From Eremomyces bilateralis CBS 781.70 (lineage: Eukaryota), in assembly GCA_010015585.1 (NCBI GenBank), contig ML975151.1: 64,000 nucleotides of DNA; one strand, written 5' to 3'. Of this stretch, positions 49,061-61,105 are shown in pieces (positions within the stretch are counted from its first letter, which is position 1; every line of letters begins with the position of its first letter). The notes below the pieces were generated by a model that saw only the letters and a list, made by a program, of their open reading frames with translations, was not told the DNA's origin and did not search any database. The position numbers and the translations under genes were made by a program.

Positions 49061-51784
49061 CTTGACTACTATGTATAATGGGTGATGGCTGAGGAAGATA
49101 ATTGTACCATGCTGTAACTGTAGGAGACGGATGAAATAATACTGTAATACTGGGATGAGGTTGGGAGACGCGATCTGACCAGGCGACGCGATCAGATGAA
49201 TGCCTCAGGCACCAAGGAGCCAATGTCATCAATCAATCCGAATGAACCAGGAAATCATTGAACCTTTGCTCCTGTCCCTCTACCAAAACACCAACTGAAC
49301 GATATTTTGCAGAATGACCTGGTTCAAACCTTCCGTGGTACAAACCAAGCGGCTTCAAACATAGTCCTGTCATGCCGTGGCACAGGATGGCCTACCTGAT
49401 TTGATTAGTGCATGTGAGGATGAGTTGTCCTGGATGATCCCTTGCAGCGTGCAGGTTCCGTTGCATCTGGCAGCGGATGATTCGATAGTTCGATGATCCG
49501 ATGAATCGACGATTCGCCTGCAGCTGCGGGAAGCCATCCACGTCCTGCATCATTGCGCCTTGCGGTGTTTTGGCTGGGTTGAATGCCCTATTACCGCACT
49601 GTAATCTGGACGGTTCTGCGCTGGGCACCAGATGGGAAAACACGAAATGAGGGTCAGATGTGTCCGTCTCTCCATGCGTTCCCACTTCCAAATCTTGGAC
49701 ATCGATGTTGTATGTAAGATTTACCCGCTGCGGTATAGCTTGGACTCGTTGAGCCACCTGTATCACCACTCGTGGGCAAGTGTCCATGGATGGGAATGAG
49801 GATGGAATTGCTCCTTTTCCGGTTTCCAAGAATGCCCTGAGAGCTATGTTTAGACTTTAGAGTACCGCTGCATGAAATTGAATCCACCCTGCGCCAGCCT
49901 GGCTATGCGATCCGAGGCGTTGGATCCCAAACAGGCTGCTGTTTATCAGAACGATCCAACCATTCGAGAATCCGATCCCAATAATCCGGACGGACAACAA
50001 AGGAGGGCTTCGTATTCAACGCAGTCTGCATTCTACAGCCAACTCATACGAGATGTGGCACTTTTCTCCTTCTCGGCAATACAGGTCATTCAGTGGCAGG
50101 AGATATGAGCAGGAACGAGATATGTCAACTTTCCGACATCTCTAGTAACTTAGGCATGGCAAACCCTAGTGTCGGAAAGTTCCTTCAACGCCCTCCACTT
50201 TTCAACATCCATTGATTGATCAAAGATTCATCGATGATTATTAACACCGGGACAGTCCGCCATCCGGACCAGCCACAAAGGAAGAGGAAAATGAGAAGAG
50301 AGAATCGGATCAGGCCCGCCGAGTATAGGGTTAGTGGCGCCGGTTAGGAGTTAAGACGGAACGGTTGTCATAGCGTGTCAGTGTGGCTTTCTCCATTGAA
50401 AGTTTTGATGATGTGAAACGTTGGAAGGCTTGGAATCGGACATCAAGAACCATTCCACTCTCCTCGCTCTCCACTTAAGAATCTAGAATCTACGGATCAG
50501 CGGCACCATCACATCGATAGTGTGAGGGCCTGAGGGGAGAATTTTGGTCCTTTGTGTAATTGGGTGGGATGGAGATCCGAGATGGAGTGTCCGGAATGAA
50601 CTCCTGATTCCTGAAGAAATTGTCTGCAATTCTGCAACCGACGGTGGATGTGGAGAGGTTTTGGACCGAATTCCGTGTATCGTTGCACATCGGGAGGGAG
50701 AGATGTTTGTAGCCGGCGAGGCACAGCGGTCTCCGAGTGAGACTCCGACCGACTTGGAGGCAGTGGTAATAGAATTAATATGCAAAGGGCAGATGCTGGA
50801 CCTATCTCCAGTGGATCCGGTATATTTTAATACAGAATGATGAAGCGATGAAGTTGGAGAGCCCACCAGGGACAGTTCATGATTCCGTGCTCCCGGTACG
50901 CCGTCCTCCCCCATATTCCCACCGGACGAGGCTGTGAAGACTGAAGTGTGAACAGTGCGGGCGGAGAATTAGTTAATAGTTAGGGAGTTGGGAAATTGAG
51001 GGGGACCAAGATAAAAGCAAAAAAAAAATATCTGCAATTTGAGATTACTACGTACGACCGGTCTATCTCTCAATCCTCTCTGGTTAATTCCTCACTTTCT
51101 TACCGTTCTCTTGCTCATTGTTGGCTCCATCGCTGTGTTGCCCACCACTGTGAACTCTCTCACTGGCATCTCCGCTCTCCAGTCTCCCCATTATTGACAC
51201 CCACACCACATACCACCCTCTCGCACTCCCCCTTCGGTATTATTACTATATCTCCAGGCTGTGCTCCCTATATTCTCATCCAACTCCTTACTTCCCTGAC
51301 GTCCCGATCCAAAATTCTACTGAACTACACCTCGATCCCTCCTATTCCTAGCCGCGGTCCCTCCCGCAACCCGATTGACCGATTCCCGTCTCCTCTCCAA
51401 GTCCTACACTCCTATCTCCTCTCGGGTACGTGGATTTCCCCAATAGGACCTCCGATGCTCCAGTAGGAAATTCAGTTTCATCCAAGCGGCCAAAACCGAT
51501 CCCTTCTCATCGTGATTGGCCGCATGCCTCATCAACACTTGCACCGCCCACGCTGCGCGTCGTGCGTCTATTGGCACTTCACCCTGTCTACCACCACGTC
51601 CTCCACCACGTCGTCTTGCTTCCCCGACCCTCGCCTCGTCATCCGTTCGTCCCTTTGATCACTGCAGACTCCTCCCAAGTTACGAAGCACCTCGATCGCG
51701 GTCACTGGAGTGCCGATTGGAGTCGGATTGCCTCGCTGCTGTCCAACGGTTCATGATTCCCCTGTGCCCTGCTGTCATGACAGG

Positions 51785-54700
51785 ATGCAGTCGGTCCAGC
51801 CCGATCATCACCATGAGGGAACTTCGGCCGCTGCTCCCATCACCACCGCCTTTCACGACCAACATCCAACTCCACCCTTTACCGACCCCATTTACGATCA
51901 GGCCCACGAGTTTTACCGAAATGGATTCCCGACCTCGCCGTCTCGTCCGGACATAGTTGTCGCGGGCCACGAACACACCATGCCAACGAACCATCGTGCC
52001 CCGTCAGCCGGAGCTGCCGTAACGTCCAAAGCAAACCCGTCCGTCCGATCGACATCCAATCCCACCACCACTGCCACCGCGACGCCTACCTCATCCACCG
52101 GGCATGGACCTGCAAAACCAGCACTCACTTCAAGAATCCCCTCAGGCGGCGTGCGTGACCGGATCAATCAGTTTAATCAGGGCGGGACCCATGTCCCGAT
52201 TCCCATGAAATCTTCACGCGCTCCCACCACTTCCGAATCTCGAATTTTTTCTGCCGCACCTCCTACAGTTAGAGCCAGAGAAACGTCCAGACGCAAGGAT
52301 GCCGGCCCACGAGGGGGATCCGACGGTCGAAATGCCCCTCTCCGCCGGAAGACATCTTCTCATAGCTCCGGCTCGACTCCCTCTTCTGCTCGCAGGGGCT
52401 CGGGTGCTCGACCGCCGCTTTTTGGAGAGGTCATGACGAACGGAGCGCAAAGCGCCGGGTATGGCATCCCGACCTTGGTAAAGCAGCGAAGCAATATCGA
52501 AGGAAGCATGCACAAGCCGAATGCCATGTTTGCCGAAGATCGGGCGCTTTCCGACACCGAAGAAGCTCGATCTCCCCGTTCACCTCGATCTCCTCACTCG
52601 CCGCGCGACCTCCCGAACCGCCTTCACCGACCTCCTACAATCAGTTCGTTGCATCGACGGGCACAGAGCGAGACGTCGGGCGTCTTTAATGCCAATTCGG
52701 AGAAATCGACCTATAACGCCGAGCTGAATCATGAGGCTCCCCTACGGGAGCCATATAGTCCTTCGAGCCCCATCTTCACGGCCTCATCATCCCGGATCCC
52801 CGTCAAAGCAAGACGATCGAGCATGTCTAATGGGTCGCCCTCGATGCCACCCAATCCTCACGCCTGGTCCTTTTCATCCCATAGTTCTGGAGCCACGGCA
52901 TCTCTGCGGCCGCAATCGCGAAATCTACTGCACAAGGAAATTCCGACGAGAAGCCGACCCAGTACACCGCCAGTATACCGTCGGTATGAACCGTCACCGC
53001 ATCGTTCACGAGTTCCACGAGAAACGATGAACGCCACCATTCAAGTCCCACCGCCCTTGAAGGATTCACCCCGACTTCGTAGTTCTCGCCCTCGCCAGCC
53101 GGTGTCCTCTGCCAGTACTGCAGCATCTCGAGCACGAGCAGCGGAGCGTGTGACATCGCCATCTCCGACCAATCCCACAAGTCGAGGCAGTCCGACCAAT
53201 CCCACAAATCGACGCGGTCCCGCTAAACTCAAACGAATTCCAGGCGTAGTAGACACCAACGCGCGCCGTCGACCGTGGCAGAAGAACATCTCCACACCGA
53301 CAGTTTCGACCATTCCTAAATCCCAGCCATCTCCCCGAGACTCTCCGCGATCCGCCATTACTGGGGATTATAATCACTCATTCACCGAAAGCACTCCCGG
53401 CGCTTGGCCTGACAGCCCCGAGACGCCCCAACTCCATAGCTCAACCAGCCCTCACCGAACGAGTCCCTCTCACCCGAGTACACCCAAAAACAATACCATC
53501 CAACCCCCTAGACTTGGTCTTGCTGTTACAGGTCTTCCTATTGCCACTGACCTTGACAAACCTTCGAGCGCACTGACGGAGTTTGAATTCGACGGATCGC
53601 CCGTTATAGGATATGATGTGACATATCAGGGGCCTGCACTTCTTGCGGCAATGCCGCATGAACCCCAGGCTATTGACGCTTCTCCTACCGACGACAATCA
53701 TCTCGACCGATGCTCTTCGACTGATGAGTGCGCGTCAATTTGCGACAATATAGAGGACATCCGCTTTGCTAACGGCGGGATAACGCCAAATGACTGTTCA
53801 GCTACCGATTCCTGCGCCGAAACGTCGGATGACCTAGATTCTGATAGAGAAGAGCAGTCGATTCAAATCGCTCTCCGGAACACGCCCGTGATCAGTCCGA
53901 CAAATGGAAACTGGAGCCTGGACCATTCGGGAGGAGCATCCGACCACAGTTACAAGCCAATGATGCCCCAAGTGGAGGAATTCCCGGATGATGCGTCCGA
54001 TGTTGCTTGCAGCATCCTCCCTGATGATTCTGTTAGTGTGGTCATGGCTAGCAGACCAATCCAGAATCCTGGTCCAACTCCACCACCTAAAATTCCCGTC
54101 ATAGAAGAAATACCGGTGGACGAGAGCGGACACACGCTCACGAGCGAAGCGCGCAGCGTGGTCAATCGTGTCTTTGACCATTACCATGCTTTGCAAAACT
54201 TGAGTCCGGAAATGGCTGACCAGTTCAAGAACGAGGTCGAGGCAGCAACCCCGAGCTTACCAAAACATGGCGATTGGGAGTCACAAGAGAACACTCGGCT
54301 ATACCTTCAGGATATTCTAGACGGTCCCCGCACTCCGACAGCTTCGCGGCGCGATGAGGAGCCGATACCGCCCAGTGAAACTGGGACCGCGCTCTCATCC
54401 TATCCGTTTGTCGCCAATCCACCTACGGAAGACCATTTAGGGACCGCAATCATTTATAGCAGCTCTACCCCGTTCGAGCCGCCATCCGAGACCGACGTCC
54501 GCGAACCTCATCATAGGAATAGCGCGAGTGTTTCAACACTTCGACCTTCGCCTGGTCCTGACGGGAACACCAGTCCCATTGCGACCAGCTTTCCAGACGC
54601 CGCGGGCGAGCTGCTTGCGCCGGCAACATATCAGCCGCAGCGATCCAATGTCCATCTCCACGACCCCGCTTCAATCCTCGGGGCACTCCCTCGCGATGAG

Positions 54701-57493
54701 ACGAGCACGTTGCAGACGTCGGGCACCATCCATCTCGGCCTGGGGCTTGATGGGTTGCCCATTGCCGAACCCACTTTGGCTGTTCCACCCATGCCAGATT
54801 ATGCACCCCCTCCGCACCCTCCGCCTCCACCGCCCGCGACCATGTCAGAGACGCTGAGTCAATTGAATGGGCAAGCTCGATCGCCCCCCTCCGCGAGTTT
54901 CTACAAGCGCAATGCATTTTCCACCATTTCACAATCAGCGTACGTCGAACCAGGATCCTATAGACCCGAGTATTCCAGCCATTCCCAAGAGCGCCGTCAA
55001 ACCGTGGCTGGAGCGTCGGTCGTGGATTCCGAGGCCGCCAAAGCCGTCGCGGAATCGTCTGTGGGCTCGGTTGCAACCGTCATGGCGCCCCAGGATTCTG
55101 CCGTCGACCTCGAGACGCAGATGTCCGCCAAATCGAAAATTCTCAAAGACTTGGTCGAGCGGAAAAACATCCTCAAAGAGTTGTGTGATACCGAGTATTC
55201 GTATCAACAAGACATGATAATTCTGGAGGACATATATAAATCGACATCGACTGGGATCCTCAATGACGCCGACCGGAAAGTTTTGTTCGGGAATTCCGAC
55301 CAGATCCGCCTCTTTGCTACGAAATTGCAAGACGCTTTGAAGCAAGCAGTTTCCTCAGTCTATATCATGCCGCGACAAAATCGTTGGAACGCGAAACGCG
55401 GCAGTTTCTCGACGTCAAGCAGTGCTACAAACGAGACATCACTGGATTCTGACGCCAGTCTGTCAAAGGACGATCGGATTGAAATAGACCAGCGTACTAG
55501 AGTCGGTAACGCGTTTCTCGCCAACATGGAGGAGATTGAGCGCGTCTACAATGTCTATTTGCGCAACCATACCGCGGCGAACAATAAATTGACCGAACTC
55601 AAGGCAGAACCCAATGTCGAGGCTTGGATGGAGGAGTGTCGAAAGATGGCTGCCGATTTGACGAGCGCGTGGAATCTGGATGCGCTGCTCGTCAAGCCAA
55701 CGCAACGGATCACCAAGTATCCGCTCATCCTGCGGAACTTGCTGCAGGTCACAGTCAAGGAACACCCGGATTACGCCGACATTGAAAAGTCGCTCCTGCA
55801 GTTGGAGGAACTGCTTCACAAAATGAACGATTCGAAGAAACGGGCCGAGCTCGTGGACCAAGCGATGAGCCAGAACCGCAGGCGGAAGGAGTCCGATATT
55901 CGCCTCTTCCCCCAGAAGTTTGTCAATCGTCGCGCCGAGAAATTGAAGCAACAGGTGGGGCTTTCCAATTCTGCGATCGATGCGGACTACGACAAACTGT
56001 CTCAGCGCTTTGGCGGGCATTTCTTCCAGTTGCAGATTGTGATGAGGGATGTTGAGAACTACATCCGCGAAGTGCAAGCCTATGTTTCTCGATATGGCCA
56101 TTTCCTCTCCGCGTCCGAACACTTCCTGGGCTTCGATATCCAAAATCAGCATCCCGAGGAGCAGAGTCACTTCGTCATCTTCGCTCGAACGGTCCGGGAG
56201 GTCATCGCCGTGGCACTCCCCGAACATACGGCGAAGATCCGCAAGTCCGTCATCGAGCCGATCCAGACCCTCTGGCAACTCCATGAAAACCCTCAGCAAT
56301 TGATGCGAAAACGAAAGAAGCGCGTCGTGGACTATGCCAAATGGAATGCCATGGTTGAGAGGGGCGAGGCGCCCGATAAGAAGCTTCGGGATGCCGCAGA
56401 CCAATTCAAAGCCATCAACGAGACGCTGAAAGATGAGTTGCCGAAGCTGTATGATTTGTCCAGCAAGCTTATGAAGGTATGCTTGGAAAATTTCATCGAG
56501 TTGCAGAAGCAATGGCAGGACACATGGATGAGGAAATTGGAACCGGCTGCTCGAGAGCCTCAGATCACCGATGATTACAGCTCCGACATGCTCGCACTTG
56601 AACGCGACTATAATGACAACTTCGCATACGTGGACGAGCGAATGCAAACTTTGGGAGTCCTGAATGGCAAGACTCTTGAAGAGGCTTCCCGCTTCCTATC
56701 CTCCACGCCGTCTTTGAACGAGGAAGGCTCATCCAAGCGACCATCGACCGTGGGGAGCTCAAAACGTACCATGTCCGTTGGCGGGGAGCAGTCTCCTGGC
56801 GCCCCCTCTAGCAAAGACCACCACCGTGTCAGCGGCACCTTTTCACCGCCCTTCTCACCTCCCGGGTCCGGCTACGTCATCCCCGACAGCTTTTCTCTCG
56901 GATCACCACCCGCGACCCGCACTCGAACCAGCTCGGCCCTCTCTAGCCGTGGGCCATCCACTCCCCGCTCTATGTCTGCCCAAACCCCAGGCAATGCGTT
57001 TTATTCGTCCAGCGCTTTGCACCGCTATACGGATCTGCCGAGCGCGCCGCCTCGCCTTAGTGTCGATCTCTCGTCCGAGCAACTACCATCACCACGCTTT
57101 GCCGCCTTCCATGGCTCGGTGTACGGCCAGCCTCCCGAGGTCGATAGACAGTCTCGGCAATCACAGGAGTCGGTGCTTGGCTGGCACAGTGGCATCTTCA
57201 ACAGCGCGATGCCCATGTCTGAGTCTCCACTCGACGCCACGCATCCCAATCTCATGGGCGACGAGGATGAGGACCCGGAAGTCATCTTCGTGGCCGCCAG
57301 CCTTTTCGAGTTCCGCATCGACGACTCGAGGAGCTTCGTGGGGTTCCCGTACTTGCAGTACTCGATGGGCGAGATCTTCGATGTCATCGGGCAGCAGGGC
57401 GAGCTTTGGCTGGCACGGAATCAAGACGATCCGGACAAAAAGCACGGGTGGATCTGGGAGAAGCACTTCGCGAGGATCCTACCTGATGGATGA
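51785..57493 (+). CDS. RhoGEF with DH, BAR and C-terminal SH3-like domains (dynamin-binding protein/Gef1-like)
   Basis: ILKELCDTEYSY, LLVKPTQRITKYPLIL (DH), helical BAR region (NETLKDELPKL), and AASLFEF...GWIWEKHF. First in-frame ATG is at 51785. Confidence 0.92.
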   Translation: MQSVQPDHHHEGTSAAAPITTAFHDQHPTPPFTDPIYDQAHEFYRNGFPTSPSRPDIVVAGHEHTMPTNHRAPSAGAAVTSKANPSVRSTSNPTTTATATPTSSTGHGPAKPALTSRIPSGGVRDRINQFNQGGTHVPIPMKSSRAPTTSESRIFSAAPPTVRARETSRRKDAGPRGGSDGRNAPLRRKTSSHSSGSTPSSARRGSGARPPLFGEVMTNGAQSAGYGIPTLVKQRSNIEGSMHKPNAMFAEDRALSDTEEARSPRSPRSPHSPRDLPNRLHRPPTISSLHRRAQSETSGVFNANSEKSTYNAELNHEAPLREPYSPSSPIFTASSSRIPVKARRSSMSNGSPSMPPNPHAWSFSSHSSGATASLRPQSRNLLHKEIPTRSRPSTPPVYRRYEPSPHRSRVPRETMNATIQVPPPLKDSPRLRSSRPRQPVSSASTAASRARAAERVTSPSPTNPTSRGSPTNPTNRRGPAKLKRIPGVVDTNARRRPWQKNISTPTVSTIPKSQPSPRDSPRSAITGDYNHSFTESTPGAWPDSPETPQLHSSTSPHRTSPSHPSTPKNNTIQPPRLGLAVTGLPIATDLDKPSSALTEFEFDGSPVIGYDVTYQGPALLAAMPHEPQAIDASPTDDNHLDRCSSTDECASICDNIEDIRFANGGITPNDCSATDSCAETSDDLDSDREEQSIQIALRNTPVISPTNGNWSLDHSGGASDHSYKPMMPQVEEFPDDASDVACSILPDDSVSVVMASRPIQNPGPTPPPKIPVIEEIPVDESGHTLTSEARSVVNRVFDHYHALQNLSPEMADQFKNEVEAATPSLPKHGDWESQENTRLYLQDILDGPRTPTASRRDEEPIPPSETGTALSSYPFVANPPTEDHLGTAIIYSSSTPFEPPSETDVREPHHRNSASVSTLRPSPGPDGNTSPIATSFPDAAGELLAPATYQPQRSNVHLHDPASILGALPRDETSTLQTSGTIHLGLGLDGLPIAEPTLAVPPMPDYAPPPHPPPPPPATMSETLSQLNGQARSPPSASFYKRNAFSTISQSAYVEPGSYRPEYSSHSQERRQTVAGASVVDSEAAKAVAESSVGSVATVMAPQDSAVDLETQMSAKSKILKDLVERKNILKELCDTEYSYQQDMIILEDIYKSTSTGILNDADRKVLFGNSDQIRLFATKLQDALKQAVSSVYIMPRQNRWNAKRGSFSTSSSATNETSLDSDASLSKDDRIEIDQRTRVGNAFLANMEEIERVYNVYLRNHTAANNKLTELKAEPNVEAWMEECRKMAADLTSAWNLDALLVKPTQRITKYPLILRNLLQVTVKEHPDYADIEKSLLQLEELLHKMNDSKKRAELVDQAMSQNRRRKESDIRLFPQKFVNRRAEKLKQQVGLSNSAIDADYDKLSQRFGGHFFQLQIVMRDVENYIREVQAYVSRYGHFLSASEHFLGFDIQNQHPEEQSHFVIFARTVREVIAVALPEHTAKIRKSVIEPIQTLWQLHENPQQLMRKRKKRVVDYAKWNAMVERGEAPDKKLRDAADQFKAINETLKDELPKLYDLSSKLMKVCLENFIELQKQWQDTWMRKLEPAAREPQITDDYSSDMLALERDYNDNFAYVDERMQTLGVLNGKTLEEASRFLSSTPSLNEEGSSKRPSTVGSSKRTMSVGGEQSPGAPSSKDHHRVSGTFSPPFSPPGSGYVIPDSFSLGSPPATRTRTSSALSSRGPSTPRSMSAQTPGNAFYSSSALHRYTDLPSAPPRLSVDLSSEQLPSPRFAAFHGSVYGQPPEVDRQSRQSQESVLGWHSGIFNSAMPMSESPLDATHPNLMGDEDEDPEVIFVAASLFEFRIDDSRSFVGFPYLQYSMGEIFDVIGQQGELWLARNQDDPDKKHGWIWEKHFARILPDG

Positions 57494-58399
57494 GTCAGGA
57501 TCACATTTCTTTTCCTTCCTTTACTTTATGAAAGCTGGATGTCCACCTCTTGGTCCGACTTCCGCAGTTTTCCTTTCTTTCTCTTCTGTTCTTCAATTGG
57601 GCCTTCGAGGGGAGCATGAAAAGCGTCGTATAAATTGGGGCGTTTCTGGGCGTGAGGGAAGACGCCTCACGGCTTTTCATGGCTCATCAATATTGGTGGG
57701 CTTGGTTTGCAGGACCCCGTTCTTGTATTTGCATTGTTGAGTGGTGTAATTAATCACTGCATTGTCCGATTAGAGGGTTGAGACAGCCAATACAGTCTAA
57801 CCGGGTCAGGAGGGCGCACGAGGCGGGTCTACGGATCAACTTCATGTTTAACGATATCACACCTCCTTTGTTATATGGAGGAACTGCGGAGGGTATATGG
57901 ATAGTGCAGAAAATGGAACCATTGTTACTCCCGTCCAGCATCATGGCCATGTCTCTTGGTGTATTCCACGTACATACCTTCTATCGTTCCTCTACATTTC
58001 CCATCTGGCCAGCAAATGTCCACGCAATAAGCCTCGACTACAAAGGTCGGCCCCGTATGGAGATAGACCTGGGTAATATTTGGAGTAGACAGCGGCGATC
58101 TAGTATTAGATGAGAGCACCTAGACTATCACGAATTTAGAGGGTGATAAACAACCACACTTTTGAGCCATCCTAGTTTTAGTGATGGTGGTGATAGTCCT
58201 TTCGTCCAACATTCAAACCTACTCACAGAAGGCTAGTGAGTTTAAAGGCCATATAAAATCCATTTTGAGGCCAAGCTAGCGATCTAACCCACTGCAGTTT
58301 TCATCATCTCGTTCATTCCCCCAGTTCCAACATTCCGTCAGGATGAGTGTCAGCCTCCCTTTTCCGAAGCATAATCGCAAGACATTTAATCTTAGATCT

Positions 58400-60749
58400 C
58401 TAGACTCGCAGATTGCCAATCTCCAAATCCCGGTCATCGGCACGCTGGACGCCAGCTGTCGGCAGGTGATCCTCCCCCCCAATATGCTCATTGCCCTCTG
58501 GACATCGTGCTAGAGACATTGTCATGTCACATTCGCCGACTGTAAACGGATGGCCATTGAAGCAGTAGTACCAATACCCAGTAATGAATCTCATAGCAGC
58601 CAGAACTGCCCTCCACTCATCACTAGTTACTTCAGTATAAGTTGCGGCTTCGTTGAGCATTTTTACTGCCTTTTGGATGTCATCTTCGGCAGACTTAGTG
58701 ACAGTGGGATGCTCTGCTCGGCATTTCTATGCTTCAGAGGTGAGATCAAACCCAACTATCTTAAGGTTAGCGATCCTTTCCGGGTCCGCTACTGCGGATT
58801 CTAAGGCGCAGATCTGTGCCAGCAGTGCAAGACTCTCGGCTTTTGAAGATATCGCTTTGACTTGTCAGTCGTTGCGATAATGGCGTCACACTCTTGTTTC
58901 AGGAGAGTCAGATCAAATACTCCGGTGCTAGCCTTCGCCGGAAATTCGATACGGGCAGGAAGTGACAGAAGGTCTTGAATGATGACCACGTCGCATCTCA
59001 ATCGAAGGACTCCACCAAGCTGAATTCCGCTACTGTTAATGAGTTCAAAATGGAACTCGAAAATCTGATCATCTGCTCCATTAGAGTTCGCATCGCGAGC
59101 TAGGTCATAGACTTTCGAAAATGGAGCTTGATGCTTGCCCACAGAGTCGCAGTAACGGGAGATGCTGCGTCTCAACTCTGCAATCTCTTTTATAACGACC
59201 TTCAAAATGTACGCTGATCATTTGTACGGTTTTGGTCTTGAAACTACCCCTGAGCTTCGATTCCGGCATCTTTTGGCGCAAAAACTCGGACTCGAGCTCC
59301 CCGATTGGGTCCGCAAACTTATCGAGAGTAGCTAACAACTGTAGTGCAAGCTGCTTGTGGCCTTCGTAGATGATAGAGACAAACCGCCGAGTCGGTTTAT
59401 CAAGTAGGGCTCGACGTACAATTCGGCCGTATCGACTGATATTGCGGAGTGGCCCTTGGAAATCCGGGAAGCCTTTCGTTTTTTGATTGAGATTGGTGCT
59501 GAAAACAGGTCATGATTGATACAGCGTTGCCAGCTTCTTCTAACTCGTAGTGGCTCGCTATATCAAGGTGACCGTCCAAAGACTGGAAGGTGAAGAAATG
59601 GCCACAATCTGGAAAGAGACAAGGGCTCTCATTCTGATTGATATCTTAGTATCTCTCGAATAGAACCAGATCCACCATTCATTCAAGGACAGCCTTTTCG
59701 GTACAAACACGACAGCATTTCTGGTCTGGACAATCGGCTCCGCAAACACAAGGACATACTAGCATTAACGAAGCTCATTATGCACAAAAGGTTGACTTAC
59801 ATTGATGTCCACAAGGAAGCTGTTTCTAGCAACGTCTCGAACAGGGCAAATAGGTACAAGGGACACCACATGGAAGCTCGCATTTCTTATTATCCAAGGC
59901 AGACGTTTTGACGTTTGGCTGCGAGGTGGTTTTTGCGTTCTCCGAGATACGGCGTTGAATGCTGCCCATAAGCTTCTTGCTGCGGTAGAAGTTGAACTCA
60001 TTTTCATCTTGTATGTGCTGACCAACTGCTTTCATGAAGCTGCCGGCAGTCGACATGGCATCATTGCCCATAGTCGAGACTGATCAAGAGTTCAAGAGGT
60101 CACAGAAAATGAATAACATCATCTCGAAATCATCCTCGCGAAGAAAGTTTCCATCCACGGTATCCCCAACACGCCCAAGTAACCCGAAAATGAAACTGAA
60201 GAGCTTTGCCGCTCTAGATCCATTTGATCCGAAGTGGATTGCGGAAACATGACAGACGTGTTGCTTCAGCGTAGCAGACACCCGAACGGCTCGATGGGAC
60301 GGGATGCTGAGCAGCGGGCGTACCTTACCCTCATAATTCGATTTGAATTTTTCCTTTGTTCCGCCCCCTGAGAGAGCTTAAACGACTTTCTTGACCCGGC
60401 AAAGCCCTGCGTCAGTTGCAAGTTTGGTAATCACTTCCTGCCTGCTTCCATCATCCAATTCGACAAGTTTCAGAGCGTCCGCGAGGAACCGTTCAAGCAG
60501 CCGGCCCAACGGATTTGTGAACGCACCAGTATATATTGGAACCATGGCTCTCCATTCTCTAAATTTCGCGAATCCTTCGTCTTCTCTGGGAGGGCCTTGG
60601 GTTCGGGCATTGCCATCGGAGAAACGGCAGTTTGAACGGTACCTGCATCTGCCGTGCTTCTGGAACTCGAAGCATGGTCTGCGTAAGTTAGCAAGAAAGG
60701 CCTTTATGGGATGATGGGTTGAACTTCACTTTTGCTTCGAGGCCATCAT
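58400..60749 (-). pseudogene. ZNFX1-like (NFX1 zinc-finger helicase family) pseudogene lacking the helicase core
   Basis: Fragments in shifting frames with stops: CCCH relic PCFEFQKHGRCRYRSNCRFSD, NFX1 relic CELPCGVPCTYLPCSRRC*, PLRNISRYGRIVRRALLD, and RZ-finger relic GYWYYCFNGHPFTVGEC..ARCPEGNEHIGG. Confidence 0.82.
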
Positions 60750-61105
60750 GGTGTATCTCGCTGTTGTGCTGCAAAGCAACAGAGACTGAGTAGTGCTGCG
60801 GTTGAAAAGCAGAAGGGTTGAATTGTATGTGAGTGCGTAAAGGAAACTAGTGGAGAGAAAATGAGAGATCAATAAACTTGAATTATCAGGATAAGGGAGT
60901 CGACCATGGTGTCTACGGAATGTGATATTTGGAATATGGTAGGTTAACTCCGGGAGATAGGAATTGGCTCAAATAAGGAATAGGTATGTCTTGTTCCCAG
61001 AAATTGATCAGCCCATAAACCAACCGCCTTGGAACCCTTCCAGAGACATCCCTGGTCTTTTGAAAGGCTTTTTCATCTTTGGTCTGGAGCTTTTGAGGCA
61101 TCAGG

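Noticed and set aside
55463..57740. 394-aa antisense and 320-aa alternative-frame ORFs in the RhoGEF
   Set aside because: They overlap a well-supported CDS and are compositional artefacts.
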